The notes beneath the pieces are model-generated. The model saw only the letters and a list, made by a program, of their open reading frames with translations. It was not told where the DNA came from and did no database searches. This document shows, piece after piece, positions 17,309 through 29,188 of a stretch of DNA of 64,000 nucleotides. The first letter of the stretch is position 1. Every line of letters starts with the position of its first letter. A program made the position numbers and the translations under genes. The DNA is taken from positions 1 through 64,000 of the forward strand of contig JAZAMN010000016.1 of assembly GCA_036229005.1 (NCBI GenBank). Reading direction: 5' to 3'. This stretch comes from Myxococcota bacterium. Lineage in GTDB: Bacteria > Myxococcota_A > UBA796 > CAJQPC01.

Positions 17309-19447
17309 TCAGCCCATGATCGGCAGCTTGCGCACCCGCTCACCCCGAGCGTTGTAGAGGGCATTGGCCAGCGCGCCAGCGATGGGCGGCAGGCCAGGCT
17401 CGCCGACTCCTCCCATCTCCTCCCCGGACTCGATGACGGTGACGTTGACGGTGGGCGCCTGGTCCATCCGCAGCAGGGGGTAGTCGGGGTAGTTGCGGGC
17501 GTGGCCGCGGCCGTCCTGGAAGCTGACCTTCTCGTAGAGGGCGGCGGACAACCCCATGAGCAGGCCGCCCATGACCTGGGCCTTGACGGTGTCCACGTGG
17601 ACGGCGGTGCCACAGTCGATCGCGGCGCCGGCGTGCACGGGCTGGATGCGGCCGCTGTCTTCGACGCGGATGTCCAGGACCTCGGCGGCCAGGCTGCCGA
17701 AGCTCTCGAAGCAGGCCACGCCGCGGTGGGTCCCGGGGGGCTGCTGTCCGGCGGCCTCCAGCGCGGCCTCGAAGACCTTGAGGTGGCGGGGCTGGTCGGC
17801 CAGCAGGCGGCGGCGGTACTCGATGGGGTCGATGCCGGCGGCGGCGGCCAGCTCGTCGACGAAGGCCTCGCGGAAGAAGCCGTTGGTGGACCCGTGCACC
17901 GAGCGCCACCAGTGGGTCGTGATGGGCAGGTCCACCCAGTTGTAGACGACCTCGCGGTTCTCGCAGGCGTAGGGCAGGTGGTCGGCCATCCCGCCGACGA
18001 CGATCTCCCGGGCGGGGCGGCCCTTGACCAGGATCTTGGGGAGGATCTGGTCGGCGTGGTGGGGCCCGGAGAGCTCCACGAGCCAGTGGGTGGGCAGGCC
18101 GTCATCCCCGAGCACGGCGCGCTGGCGGCAGACCATGGCGGGGCGCATGCGAGAGGCGGCGAAGGTGGCCTCGCGGTCGAACTGCAGCTTGACGGGGACC
18201 TCGAAGTTCTGGGCGACCTGGACGGCCCACTGGGTCCAGTCCGAGGCGCTGCGGCGGCCGAGTCCGCCCCCCAGAAAGAGGGTGTGCACAAAGCACTGCT
18301 CGGGGCTCAGCCCGGTCTGCTTGACCAGCATCTTGTGGTCGCGGGACTGGGCCTGGGTGCCCACCCACAGGTCGACGCGCTCGGGCTGCACCCAGGCGGT
18401 CGCGGACAGGGGCTCCATCACGGCGTGGGCCAGGTAGGGGACCTCGTAGGTGGCCTCGATGACCTGGGAGCCCTCGGGCAGCTTGGGCTTGCCGGTGGAG
18501 AAGAGGGTGCGGCCCTGCCCCAGGCCCTCGTGCATGCGGCGGGAGATCTCGGCGTCGTCCAAGCCCTCGCCCTCGCCGGCGTCCCACTCGATCTCCACGG
18601 CGTACACCGCCTGTCGGGCCTGCCAGAAGGAGGTGGCGACGGCCACCACGATGCGCTCCTCCAACACAAACACACCCTGGACCCCGGGCATCGCCAGGGC
18701 CTTGTCGTCCGCCAGCGAGGACACCCTGCCGCCGTAGTGCGGGCAGATCCGGGGCACGGCGACCAGCATGTCGGGGTGCTGGAAGTCGGTGGCGAACTGG
18801 GCGCTGCCGTCGACCTTGGCGGGCAGGTCCAGGCGCGGGGGGCTCTTGCCCACCAGGCGGTACTCGGCGCGGTCCTTGGGGGTGGCGTCCACCGCGTCCT
18901 CCAGGGCCGCGAGCTCGGCCAGCTCGCCATAGGTGGCCTTCTTGTCGCCGTGGAGCACGGCGCCCTGCTCGGCGCGGCACTCGGCGGGGTCGACCTCCCA
19001 CTGCCGGGCGGCGGCGGCGATGAGCATGCCGCGGGCGGTCGCGCCGATCTGCTGGAGCATGGGCGTGTAGCCCACCATGGTGGCGCTGCCGCCGGTGAGC
19101 TGCACGCTGACGGGGCCCATCTTGCGGCCGTAGGCCTCGTGGGCGGGGGCGGACTCGGCGCGGACCTGCTCCCAGGGCACGTCCAGCTCTTCGGCCAGGA
19201 TCATGGGCAGGGCAGTCATGGCCCCCTGCCCCATCTCGGCGGCGCCCACCTGGAAGGTGACCACGCCGTTGGGGGCGATGCGGATCCAGGCGTTCAGGTC
19301 GGTGTCCGGGCCCGTCGGGGTGGGGCCCATCCCCAGGCTGTGGTCCACCGGGGGCGTGCTGGCGGCGCACCCGGGTAGCGCGAGCCCCAGGACCAGCCCC
19401 CCGAGTCCGGCGACGGCGGCGCGGCGGGAGAGGTTGACGACAGGCAT
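17309..19447 (-). CDS. Xanthine dehydrogenase family molybdopterin-binding subunit (isoquinoline 1-oxidoreductase beta-like), Tat-exported
   Basis: SRR Tat motif, EMGQG, AEELDV, QLTGGS, HAVMEP, LGGGLGRR, WWRSV, GGVGEPG. Confidence 0.93.
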   Translation of the reverse strand: MPVVNLSRRAAVAGLGGLVLGLALPGCAASTPPVDHSLGMGPTPTGPDTDLNAWIRIAPNGVVTFQVGAAEMGQGAMTALPMILAEELDVPWEQVRAESAPAHEAYGRKMGPVSVQLTGGSATMVGYTPMLQQIGATARGMLIAAAARQWEVDPAECRAEQGAVLHGDKKATYGELAELAALEDAVDATPKDRAEYRLVGKSPPRLDLPAKVDGSAQFATDFQHPDMLVAVPRICPHYGGRVSSLADDKALAMPGVQGVFVLEERIVVAVATSFWQARQAVYAVEIEWDAGEGEGLDDAEISRRMHEGLGQGRTLFSTGKPKLPEGSQVIEATYEVPYLAHAVMEPLSATAWVQPERVDLWVGTQAQSRDHKMLVKQTGLSPEQCFVHTLFLGGGLGRRSASDWTQWAVQVAQNFEVPVKLQFDREATFAASRMRPAMVCRQRAVLGDDGLPTHWLVELSGPHHADQILPKILVKGRPAREIVVGGMADHLPYACENREVVYNWVDLPITTHWWRSVHGSTNGFFREAFVDELAAAAGIDPIEYRRRLLADQPRHLKVFEAALEAAGQQPPGTHRGVACFESFGSLAAEVLDIRVEDSGRIQPVHAGAAIDCGTAVHVDTVKAQVMGGLLMGLSAALYEKVSFQDGRGHARNYPDYPLLRMDQAPTVNVTVIESGEEMGGVGEPGLPPIAGALANALYNARGERVRKLPIMG

Positions 19448-19511
19448 GGGCGGGCTCCGGGCTGGGCGCAGAGCGTACCCCGTAGGCCCCCGCCCTGTCC
19501 CCGCTGGCCGC

Positions 19512-20090
19512 TCAGGTGCTGATATAGGCGTAGAGCCGCTGCTCGCTGGAGTCGACGAAGCCCCGGACGAACACCTTGGGACGCGGGCCCTCCTGGTAGT
19601 CGCCGCACTGGTACACCTGCTGACCGGCGCCCTCGCCCACCACGGCGAAGCAGAAGCTGTGGGCGGGGGTCGCGTCCCAGACGGCGTCCTGGTTGTGCCC
19701 CCAGCTCAGGTAGTGGGAGAAGCTGCTGCCGTCGTGGAAGGCCTCGTTGGTGTCCCACCAGGTCATGGCGCGCTGGGAGCCGGGGGCCTCGATCTCAAAG
19801 CGCCCCCACTTGAAGGGCTGCATGGACCACAGCGCCTCGTCGTCGAAGCTGCGGACGTAGTTGTTGTACTGGCCCGGGGTGAACTGGACGATGGCCCGGA
19901 TGTTGGTGTGGCTGTACTTGCCCGACTTGTCGGACTCCAGCAGCGCGTACTCGACGTCGGGGGGCAGGTGGAACTGCTGCTCGAGCACGACCTGGTGCTT
20001 GGAGTAGACGTCGGGCCGGAGGGCGATCCAGCCAAACCCCAGCACGGAGAAGCCGGCGACCATCGCCCAGTGCCTCAAATCACGACCCAT
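19512..20090 (-). CDS. Hypothetical single-TM protein (paralogue of the next gene)
   Basis: N-terminal TM; WWDTNEAFHDG and HSFCFAV.G.G..QQVYQCGD shared with its neighbour. Confidence 0.75.
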   Translation of the reverse strand: MGRDLRHWAMVAGFSVLGFGWIALRPDVYSKHQVVLEQQFHLPPDVEYALLESDKSGKYSHTNIRAIVQFTPGQYNNYVRSFDDEALWSMQPFKWGRFEIEAPGSQRAMTWWDTNEAFHDGSSFSHYLSWGHNQDAVWDATPAHSFCFAVVGEGAGQQVYQCGDYQEGPRPKVFVRGFVDSSEQRLYAYIST

Positions 20091-20183
20091 GAACACGGAA
20101 CACACTCCTGTCTCTGTGGACGGCTACGGCCCAGCTCCCCGCCGATTTCGGGGCCGGGCCAGGGCGAAAGCCGACTGGAAGGG

Positions 20184-20777
20184 TCAGCTCCGGACCTGCA
20201 TGTGCAGGCTGCGGTCGGAGGGGTCCAGCAGGGCCCAGACCACGGCATCCGGCGCGCCTGGGTGGGCGTCCCCGCACTGCAGGACCTCCTGCTGGGGGCC
20301 CTGGCCGTAGACCGCGAAGCAGAGGCTGTGGCTGGGGCTGTAGCGGGCCGCGGCGCGCTCCGGGAGGCTGCCCATGTCCAGCCAGGCGGGGACCTTCTCT
20401 CCGTCATGGAAGGCGTCGTTGTCGTCCCACCACCGCAGCGCGCGGGCCGGGGCGGTGGCTGTGATCGTGGTTCCAGCGACCTCGACTGGGGGATCCAGGG
20501 TCCACAGAGCGGGGTCGGCCACCGCGCGTGTGTAGTTGTTGAACTCCCCAGCGCTGAACACCACGACCGCCGTGCTCACATGAGAAGACCCGGTCTTGCT
20601 GTGCTGCCCCTCAAAGCGCCAGTCGGGGTCCTGGGGCAGCTCAAAGAGCTGGATGAGGGCGGCCTGGTCCTTCCGCTCCACGCTGGCGTCCGACAGGGTC
20701 CGGAAGAGCATGATGCCCAGGAAGATGCCGATAGCGCCCAGGATGTGCAGGGGCTTGAAGTTCGACCAGGCGTTCAT
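20184..20777 (-). CDS. Hypothetical single-TM protein (paralogue of the previous gene)
   Basis: N-terminal TM; WWDDNDAFHDG, HSLCFAVYGQG..QEVLQCGD. Confidence 0.75.
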   Translation of the reverse strand: MNAWSNFKPLHILGAIGIFLGIMLFRTLSDASVERKDQAALIQLFELPQDPDWRFEGQHSKTGSSHVSTAVVVFSAGEFNNYTRAVADPALWTLDPPVEVAGTTITATAPARALRWWDDNDAFHDGEKVPAWLDMGSLPERAAARYSPSHSLCFAVYGQGPQQEVLQCGDAHPGAPDAVVWALLDPSDRSLHMQVRS

Positions 20778-20886
20778 GGGGGCGTCCCCTCCGCGGGTTG
20801 GCGACGCGCCGGGCTGCCAACGGAGTGTGTGGAGGCTTGGAGTATCCCCCAAGTCGGCTAAGCTCTCCACTCCCCCGGAGGCTCTC

Positions 20887-22641
20887 ATGGACGAGCGCAG
20901 CGAGCGGCTGATCGACACCATCCGAAACGCCATCATCGGCGACGACCAGGTGATCGAGGGACCCTACGGACCCCGCCGGGTGACCTACGCCGACTACACC
21001 GCCTCAGGTCGATCCTTGAGCTTCATCGAGGACTTTCTGCGGCACGAGGTCATGCCGCTCTACGCCAACACCCACACCGAGACCAGCGGCACTGGGCGCC
21101 AGACCACCCGCTACCGGGAGGACGCGCGGGAGCTGATCCACAAGGCCGTGGGCGGCGGCCCCGACGACGTGGTCATCTTCACGGGCAGCGGCGCGACGGG
21201 GGCCATCAACAAGCTGGTGGACTGCCTGGGCATCCGCATCCCGGCCGAGCTGGACGACCGCTTTGGCTTCACCCGCCAGATCCCCGCCGAGCAGCGCCCC
21301 GTGGTGTTCATCGGCCCCTTTGAGCACCACTCCAACGAGCTGCCCTGGCGCGAGTCCATCGCCGACGTGGTCACCATCCACGAGGACGAGGACGGCCGCC
21401 TGGACCTGGCCCAGCTCGAGGCCGAGCTGCAGCGCTACCAGGACCGGCCCCTCAAGATCGGCAGCTTCTCCGCCGCGAGCAACGTCACGGGCATCGGCTC
21501 GGACACCCGGGCCACGCAGATCCTGCTGCACCGCTACGGCGCCCTGAGCTTCTGGGACTTCGCCGCTGCCGGCCCCTATGTCGAGATCCAGATGAACATG
21601 CCCGCCCACGGCGAGCACGGGCAGCTCGCGTACAAGGACGCCATCTTCATCTCCCCCCACAAGTTCATCGGCGGGCCGGGCACCCCGGGCATCCTGGTGG
21701 TCAAGAAGCACGTGCTGACCAACCGCGTGCCGGCGGCCCCTGGCGGCGGGACCGTGTCGTTTGTGAACCCCGACGAGCACCGCTACCTGGACGACCCCGT
21801 CCACCGGGAGGAGGGCGGCACCCCCGCCATCCTGGAGTCCATCCGCGCCGGCCTGATCTTCCAGCTCAAGGACGCCGTGGGCGTGCCCGCCATCCGGGAG
21901 AAGGAGCACGACTTCATCACCCGGGCCATCGCCCGCTGGAAGGACAACCCCAACATCCACATCCTGGGCAACCAGGAGGCCTGGCGCCTGAGCATCGTGA
22001 GCTTCATGGTGCGCCACGGCAGCGGCTACCTGCACCACAACTTCGTGGTCGCCCTGCTCAACGACCTGCTGGGCATCCAGGCCCGCGGCGGCTGCAGCTG
22101 CGCGGGTCCCTACGGCCACCGCCTGCTGGGCATCGACCTGTCGACCTCGAAAGAGTTCGAGCGGGAGATCCTCAAGGGCTGCGAGGGCATCAAGCCCGGC
22201 TGGGTGCGGGTGAACTTCAACTACTTCATCTCCGAGACCGTGTTCGAGTTCCTGCTGGACGCCGTCGAGCTCATCGCCAACGAAGGCTGGCGCCTGCTGC
22301 CCGACTACCAGTTCTGCCCCCTCTCGGGCCGCTGGGTCCACCGCGACGGCCTCCCCACGCCCCCGCGCAGCCTCAGCGACCTGAGCTACCGCAGCGGCCG
22401 CCTGGAGTATCGCGCCCGCCACAGCACCGAGCCCGAGTGGGCCCTGGCCGGCTACCTGGACGAGGCCCGCCAGGTCCTCTCCCGCGCCGAGAAGATGGCC
22501 CCCCCCGACTGCCCCAAGGAGCCCGACCTGAGCGAGGACTTCAAGTCCCTGCGCTGGTTCCCTCTGCCCGGCGAGGTCTTCCTGGAGCTCACCGGTCAGG
22601 CCGACGCGCCGGAGGTCAGCCTGCGGGGTCGGGTGGAGTAG
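20887..22641 (+). CDS. Class V PLP-dependent aminotransferase (cysteine desulfurase-like)
   Basis: YADYTASGR, EHHSN, WDFAA, SPHKFIGG (PLP lysine), GGCSCAGPY. Confidence 0.93.
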   Translation: MDERSERLIDTIRNAIIGDDQVIEGPYGPRRVTYADYTASGRSLSFIEDFLRHEVMPLYANTHTETSGTGRQTTRYREDARELIHKAVGGGPDDVVIFTGSGATGAINKLVDCLGIRIPAELDDRFGFTRQIPAEQRPVVFIGPFEHHSNELPWRESIADVVTIHEDEDGRLDLAQLEAELQRYQDRPLKIGSFSAASNVTGIGSDTRATQILLHRYGALSFWDFAAAGPYVEIQMNMPAHGEHGQLAYKDAIFISPHKFIGGPGTPGILVVKKHVLTNRVPAAPGGGTVSFVNPDEHRYLDDPVHREEGGTPAILESIRAGLIFQLKDAVGVPAIREKEHDFITRAIARWKDNPNIHILGNQEAWRLSIVSFMVRHGSGYLHHNFVVALLNDLLGIQARGGCSCAGPYGHRLLGIDLSTSKEFEREILKGCEGIKPGWVRVNFNYFISETVFEFLLDAVELIANEGWRLLPDYQFCPLSGRWVHRDGLPTPPRSLSDLSYRSGRLEYRARHSTEPEWALAGYLDEARQVLSRAEKMAPPDCPKEPDLSEDFKSLRWFPLPGEVFLELTGQADAPEVSLRGRVE

Positions 22642-22644
22642 CGC

Positions 22645-22932
22645 CTACTGCTCCACCGTCCGCTCACACGCCAGCGTGCACGCCGCATACTCGTCCGCCA
22701 GGAACACCCCGTGGCCGGTGACGTCCAGCTCTTCGCAGCGGGCGCTCTCCATGCAGGCCAGCTCACACTCCCGCACCTCCACGCTCGCTGCATCGCAGGG
22801 GTGCGCCGCCAGCCCAGGCACATCCATGCCGCAGGCCCCCATGCGCTCGATGAAGGCCGCTTCGTAGGCCGCACAGCGCTCCTGGCAGGGGTCGCTGCAG
22901 CCAGGGAAGAGGAAGATCCACAGCCAGCTCAC
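22645..22932 (-). CDS. Small Cys-rich putative lipoprotein
   Basis: FLFPGC followed by repeated CxxxC; GTGA overlap with the upstream gene. Confidence 0.6.
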   Translation of the reverse strand: MSWLWIFLFPGCSDPCQERCAAYEAAFIERMGACGMDVPGLAAHPCDAASVEVRECELACMESARCEELDVTGHGVFLADEYAACTLACERTVEQ

Positions 22933-23489
22933 TCTCGCCTCCAACCCAGCAGCACCAGCAGCCCCAGGGACATCACGACACCGCCGACCGCCGGCGAAGA
23001 CACCGTGGCGCAGCCCGAGCTCTCGGGATCGGGGTTGCACTCGCCATACAGCAGCAGCTCCGGGTCCCGGACGGGGACGGGGGCCAGGCAGCGGGGGGTG
23101 GGAATGCCGATGCTGGCCTTCGGGACGCCGGTGTGGCCGTCGCAGCAGGTCTCGAAGTCGTCGATGGTGATCGGAAACCCCAACATCACGCCGTCCTGAT
23201 CAAGCCAGCGGAAGAAGCTGGAGTCGCTCTGGTATCCCCAGTAGACGTAGGTCGTGTCGCTCCCCGGAGCACAGCGGACCAAGCCCTCACGACGATCGAA
23301 GGCACCGGACCCCAGGTCTGTATCAAGGTCCCTCCCCTCCTGGTTCACGGGCTCCCAGTCCGTGTCGACACACTGACCATCCACGTATTCGTAGTCGGGT
23401 CGCCAGTCCTGGCAGTCGGCAGTGTCGGCGGGGGTTCCGGTGTCCCCCGTGTCCCCCCAAGCCAGCGCTGCCCAAAGCCAGATCCGCAT
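22929..23489 (-). CDS. Small secreted Cys-rich protein with a MYXO-CTERM-like tail
   Basis: Short signal; C-terminal SSGCAT-linker-hydrophobic-WRRE. Confidence 0.7.
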   Translation of the reverse strand: MRIWLWAALAWGDTGDTGTPADTADCQDWRPDYEYVDGQCVDTDWEPVNQEGRDLDTDLGSGAFDRREGLVRCAPGSDTTYVYWGYQSDSSFFRWLDQDGVMLGFPITIDDFETCCDGHTGVPKASIGIPTPRCLAPVPVRDPELLLYGECNPDPESSGCATVSSPAVGGVVMSLGLLVLLGWRRE

Positions 23490-23609
23490 GCTCCCACCCT
23501 ACACCGTGGTCACGCCACTGAATACCTCGCCGGCGGATCCCGTCTCTCCAAGCGCAGTAGCACCCAGACACCCCGGCGGTGTCCCAAGAGGTGACAAGGA
23601 GAGACCCGC

Positions 23610-24422
23610 ATGCTTGCTTCCCTGCTGATGATGGCTTCGAGCGCCCAGGCTGCCGAGCCGGTGGCCCGCTCGCTTCCAGTGGACATGCCCCTGCTGCAGA
23701 TCGTGGGCGACAAGGGAGAGGTCACGGTCCGCCGCGTGGAGGGCAGCCAGTCCCGCGTGACCGCGACGCCCAAGCGCTGGGGGGAGGGCGGCTGCACGCT
23801 GGACTTCTCCGGGGACGCGAGCCAGGCGACGGCCCAGGCGCTGCCCACGGCGGAGGCCAACATGATGGAGTCCTGCGAGACGGCGTGGCTGGTCGAGCTG
23901 GCGGGGGACACGCGGGTGGACATCAACCTGGCCCGCGGCAAGGTCACGCTGGAGGACGCGCCGGCCCGGGTGGACGTGGAGCTGGGCTCCGGCAAGCTGG
24001 TGCTGGTGGACACGCAGGGGCGCGTGGACGCGTCGCTGGGGCGCGGGAAGATCAAGGGCGAGCACCAGGGCGAGGGCGCGCTGGCGGTGGGCGTCGGCCG
24101 CATCAAGCTGGAGAGCCTGGAGCAGCCGATCTCCGCGCGGGTGGAGCTGGGCTCGGTGAAGCTGGCCTGGTCCGAGGTGCCCCAGGGGACCGTCGTGGCC
24201 CACGCGGGCATCGGGCGGGTGCGCACGGCCCTGCCCTACGGCGCGACCGCGGACATGGCGGACTTCGACCGCCGCCTGGCGAGCTTCCGCACGGCGATTC
24301 CCCACCGCAACTCGGCCGACACCCGCCTGGAGGGCGGCGCCCGGCTGGGGGCGACCCGGGTGAAGACGGTCATCGAGCACGACGAGCCGGAGGCCCAGGA
24401 CGTCGTGGTCAGCGCCGAGTAG
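23610..24422 (+). CDS. Secreted beta-strand repeat protein (DUF4097/adhesin-like)
   Basis: AQA signal; repeated 'V.L..G.+.L' units; AGGAG RBS. Confidence 0.8.
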   Translation: MLASLLMMASSAQAAEPVARSLPVDMPLLQIVGDKGEVTVRRVEGSQSRVTATPKRWGEGGCTLDFSGDASQATAQALPTAEANMMESCETAWLVELAGDTRVDINLARGKVTLEDAPARVDVELGSGKLVLVDTQGRVDASLGRGKIKGEHQGEGALAVGVGRIKLESLEQPISARVELGSVKLAWSEVPQGTVVAHAGIGRVRTALPYGATADMADFDRRLASFRTAIPHRNSADTRLEGGARLGATRVKTVIEHDEPEAQDVVVSAE

Positions 24423-24447
24423 GCGGGCAGAACCCAGCGCGGAGATC

Positions 24448-24620
24448 TAGTTCTGCCGGTCCGAAGTCACAACACGGAAGAGTCCGGCAGAACGCCGGGC
24501 CCGAGTGGGCCCGCGGGGGTGCGCCGAAGGCGCATTCCGGGGGTGTCCCCCGGAGAAGACAATAGTTCTCTGAGCCGCAAGTCCCGACACCAAGGGTGTT
24601 GGGACTTGCGATTCGGAGAA

Positions 24621-24623
<3 letters not shown>
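24448..24623. repeat. Structured MITE/REP-like element between convergent genes; probable bidirectional terminator
   Basis: Terminal inverted repeat TAGTTCT/AGAACTA; five internal hairpins, including a 16-bp stem 24576-24591/24595-24610. Confidence 0.65.
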
Positions 24624-25819
<1,196 letters not shown>

Positions 25820-25823
<4 letters not shown>

Positions 25824-27421
25824 TCGGCCTCCTGGGGGCTCTGGGGCTCAGGGTCCATCACGCTGTCGGGGTCCACCCCCAGCAGCGCATCCAGCTCATC
25901 TTCGAGGTCCATCTCAGGCTCGGGCTCGGCGTCGGGGTCCACCGCCGGCTCGGGCCGCAGAGGCTGGATGGTCTCGATCACCACCCCCGACCAGGGCAGC
26001 GTGTACTTGTCCGGGTAGACCGGGTACTCCTCGCCCTCCTCCACGCGGTCGACGATGTCGAACTCCACGCGGCGGTTCTTGGCCAGAGCCTCCTCGCTCT
26101 CGCCCTCCATCACCGGCACGACCTCGCCCATGCCGCGGTAGGAGATGCGGTGCGGGTGCACGCCCATGCCCATCAGCTCCTTCCAGATGCTGCGGGCGCG
26201 CTCGTTGGACAGCTCGTAGTTGTACTCGTAGCTGCCCTCGATGCTGGCGTGGCCCTCGATCACCACGTGCTCGATCTCGGCGTGCTCGTTGAGGATGTCC
26301 GCCACCGCCTGCAGGGTGGGCAGGGACTCCGGCAGGATGTTCGCGTTGCCGAACTCGAACTGCACGGGCTCGCGGATGACCACCTGGTCGCCCACGATCT
26401 TGGCCTTCTGCTCCGGCTCCCACTCGGGCTCGACGGGCTCCTCGATGAACACGATCTCCGGCTCGGGCGGCGGGGGCGGCGGCTCGGCCACGACCACGGG
26501 CTCCGGGGGCGGGGTGCGCACGATGGGCGGGTTGATGACGGTGTAGGCCAGCACGACGCGGTAGGCGGTGGTGCCCACGCCATCGGCCAGGCCCTTGCCG
26601 ATGCCCAGGTCGATGCGGTCCCCGTCGCGGTTGAAGGCGTAGAGGCCGCCCACCACCTCGGAGGCGTTCTCCGCGCCCCCCTGACCCAGCGCCGAGACCG
26701 CGCCCTGGGACAGGTAGGTGGCCTGCAGGCCCAGGTGCTCCGGCCAGATGTCGTAGGTGACGCCCGCGTTCAGCCCCAGGGTGGACTGCAGGGTGAAGTC
26801 GCTCTGGGTCTCCTGCTCCTGGCGGGCCACGTAGGCGATCTCCGCCACCGCCCCCACCGGGCCCCAGCCCGCGCCCGCGTTCAGGCCGATCTGCCCACGC
26901 ACCCCGGGGTCGCCCAGGTACGCGTTGTTGCTGCCGATGGGCAGGTAGAGGTCCGCCCGGCCGCCGATGCTCAGGGGCCCGGTCTCCGCCAGCCCCACCC
27001 GCGCGCCCAGCATCCAGTCGCCCAGGCCCAGGCCCTCCGCCCCGTAGGCGCTGACCTGCTCGTCAACCCCCAGCGCCAGAGAGAGTGGCACCGCCGTGCG
27101 TACAGAGAAGCGCTCGTTCAGGTCGTAGGAGACGCCGAAGTAGGCGGAGGTGCGGTTCTTGACCGCCACACCCCACTCCTCGCCGTACTGGTAGAGCACG
27201 ACCGGATCCCGCTCGTACTGCATGAACACGCCGTAGCGGTTGCCCCCCTTGCCCGCGATGTAGGGCGTGTCCACGCCCGCGGCGCCGCCCCCCGAGAAGG
27301 TCGGCCGCAGCATCTGGATGTCCGCGGTGATCGGACTCTCCTGGGCCTGGGCCACAGCGGGTGCGAGGGAGAGGCCCAGGGCGCACGCGCCCATCAACAA
27401 GGTCCAGCTCTGGCGGGCCAC
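25820..27421 (-). CDS. Outer-membrane beta-barrel + Pro-rich linker + OmpA-like domain (TraB-like architecture)
   Basis: AQAQ signal, amphipathic strands, PPPPP linker, VQFEFG..IL, IEGHAS, LSNERA, NRRVEF. Confidence 0.9.
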
Positions 27422-27551
27422 GAGGCTCCTTTCAGTGGTCTGAAGGCACAACTTGCCCGCTGCTGGGCAGGGGCGGCACCCGGAAACTAACGCTATGGTG
27501 AAGGTGCGGCCTCGCTTGGGCAGAGTGAAGGCACTCCCGGACGGTGAATCC

Positions 27552-29153
27552 ATGGCCCTGACCACCCTGTTCTTCCTCTCGGCGATGGGCGCAAGCTGCG
27601 GCCCCGAGAACGTCCTGGAGGACCTGAACAAGCCCGACGACGACGACCTGGCCCCCCAGCTTGTCGTCTGGCCCGACACCGTCGACTTCGGGGACTTGCG
27701 AAAGGGTGAAGCCGAGAGCGTCGACATCGAGATCCGCAACGACGGCAACGTCGCTCTGGAGCTGAGCAGCCTGGAGCTGATCGCGGACGCCGGGTTCACC
27801 CTCTCGAACACCCCCACCCTGCCCTACACCCTGGAGCCGGACGGCGCAGTCGAGGTCACCGTGGGCTTCACCGCCTACTCCGTGGATCATGAGGGTGTCC
27901 TCGTTCTCACCACGGATGATGAGACCGAGCCGCGGTTCACCGTGACGCTGGAAGGTGGGGGCCTGATCCCCCGACTGGTCGTGGCCCCCGACCCCTACGA
28001 CTTCGGGCGCGTCGAGCCAGACTGCACGATCGAGACCGAGATCGAGCTGGCGAACATGGGCAAGGACACCCTGGTGGTGGAGTCCATGGCCCAGCTTGGC
28101 GAGGCCTTCGAGCTGATCGACCCGCCGGAGACCCCCTTCGAGCTGGAGCCCTTCGACCCCGACTCGGACGACAACAGCCTGGCCGTGATGCCGGTGACCG
28201 TGGCCTTCACGCCCACCGACTACCTGGAGTACAGCTCCGAGCTGTGGATCAGCTCCAGCGCGCAGGACCCGCGGGCCATCCAGACGGGCATCGGCAGCGA
28301 CGGCACCGCCTACGTGGACGAGTGGACGCAGCCCATCTCCGGGGTCGCCGACATCATGTTCTGGGTGGACCAGTCCGGCTCGATGCAGGACGACCTGGAC
28401 CACCTCAACGCCAACTTCGACCTCTTCCTGGACACCCTGGACGCGGTGGAGTCGGACTACCTGATCATGGTGGTGGTGGCCGACTCCGGCTGCCACACCC
28501 TGGACTACATCCGCTCCGAGGACTCCCGGGAGCAGCGGGAGCTCACCTTCAAGACCGCCATCTACGGGGGCAGCCCGGGGCTCTACGCCGAGGCCGGCCT
28601 CACCATCGCCCGCGCCGCGCTGCGCGACGTCAACACCGGGCTTGGCGGCTGCAACAGCGAGTTCAGGCGGGAGAACTCCACGGTGTCCGTGGTCCTGGTC
28701 TCCGACGAGCCGGACCAGAGCTACCTGGCCGGTCCGCAGGTGAGCTGGGAGAGCGTCGTCACCGACCTGCTGGCCCAGGCGCCCAGCACCTACATCTCCG
28801 CCGTGGCGGGGCCCGTGCCCGATGGCTGCCAGACCGCGGAGCCCGGCACCGGCTACTCCGAGGCCGTGGCGGCGACCGGCGGCACCTTCATCGACATCTG
28901 CAGCCGGAACTGGGGCGAGAACCTGGCCAAGCTCGCCGAGCAGGCGACCACCGCCAAGCTGGCCGACACCTTCCAGCTCGAAGACGACGTCAACGAGACC
29001 AGCATCGAGGTCTACGTGGACGACGTGCAGGTCGAGACCGGCTGGAGCTACCAGGCGGAGGGCTCCTACCTGGTGTTCGACGCGGACGCGGTGCCCGGTG
29101 AGGGCGCGACCATCCGGGTGGAGTACGAGACGGCGGTGAGCTGCGAGAACTGA
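27552..29153 (+). CDS. Lipoprotein with two Ig-like (choice-of-anchor D/ASH-like) domains and a vWA domain
   Basis: GASC lipobox; 'DFG....' Ig repeats; MIDAS DQSGSM and VSDEPDQS. Confidence 0.85.
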   Translation: MALTTLFFLSAMGASCGPENVLEDLNKPDDDDLAPQLVVWPDTVDFGDLRKGEAESVDIEIRNDGNVALELSSLELIADAGFTLSNTPTLPYTLEPDGAVEVTVGFTAYSVDHEGVLVLTTDDETEPRFTVTLEGGGLIPRLVVAPDPYDFGRVEPDCTIETEIELANMGKDTLVVESMAQLGEAFELIDPPETPFELEPFDPDSDDNSLAVMPVTVAFTPTDYLEYSSELWISSSAQDPRAIQTGIGSDGTAYVDEWTQPISGVADIMFWVDQSGSMQDDLDHLNANFDLFLDTLDAVESDYLIMVVVADSGCHTLDYIRSEDSREQRELTFKTAIYGGSPGLYAEAGLTIARAALRDVNTGLGGCNSEFRRENSTVSVVLVSDEPDQSYLAGPQVSWESVVTDLLAQAPSTYISAVAGPVPDGCQTAEPGTGYSEAVAATGGTFIDICSRNWGENLAKLAEQATTAKLADTFQLEDDVNETSIEVYVDDVQVETGWSYQAEGSYLVFDADAVPGEGATIRVEYETAVSCEN

Positions 29154-29188
29154 GGCGTCCCCTTGGGATAGACTGCGGCGAACCCCGG

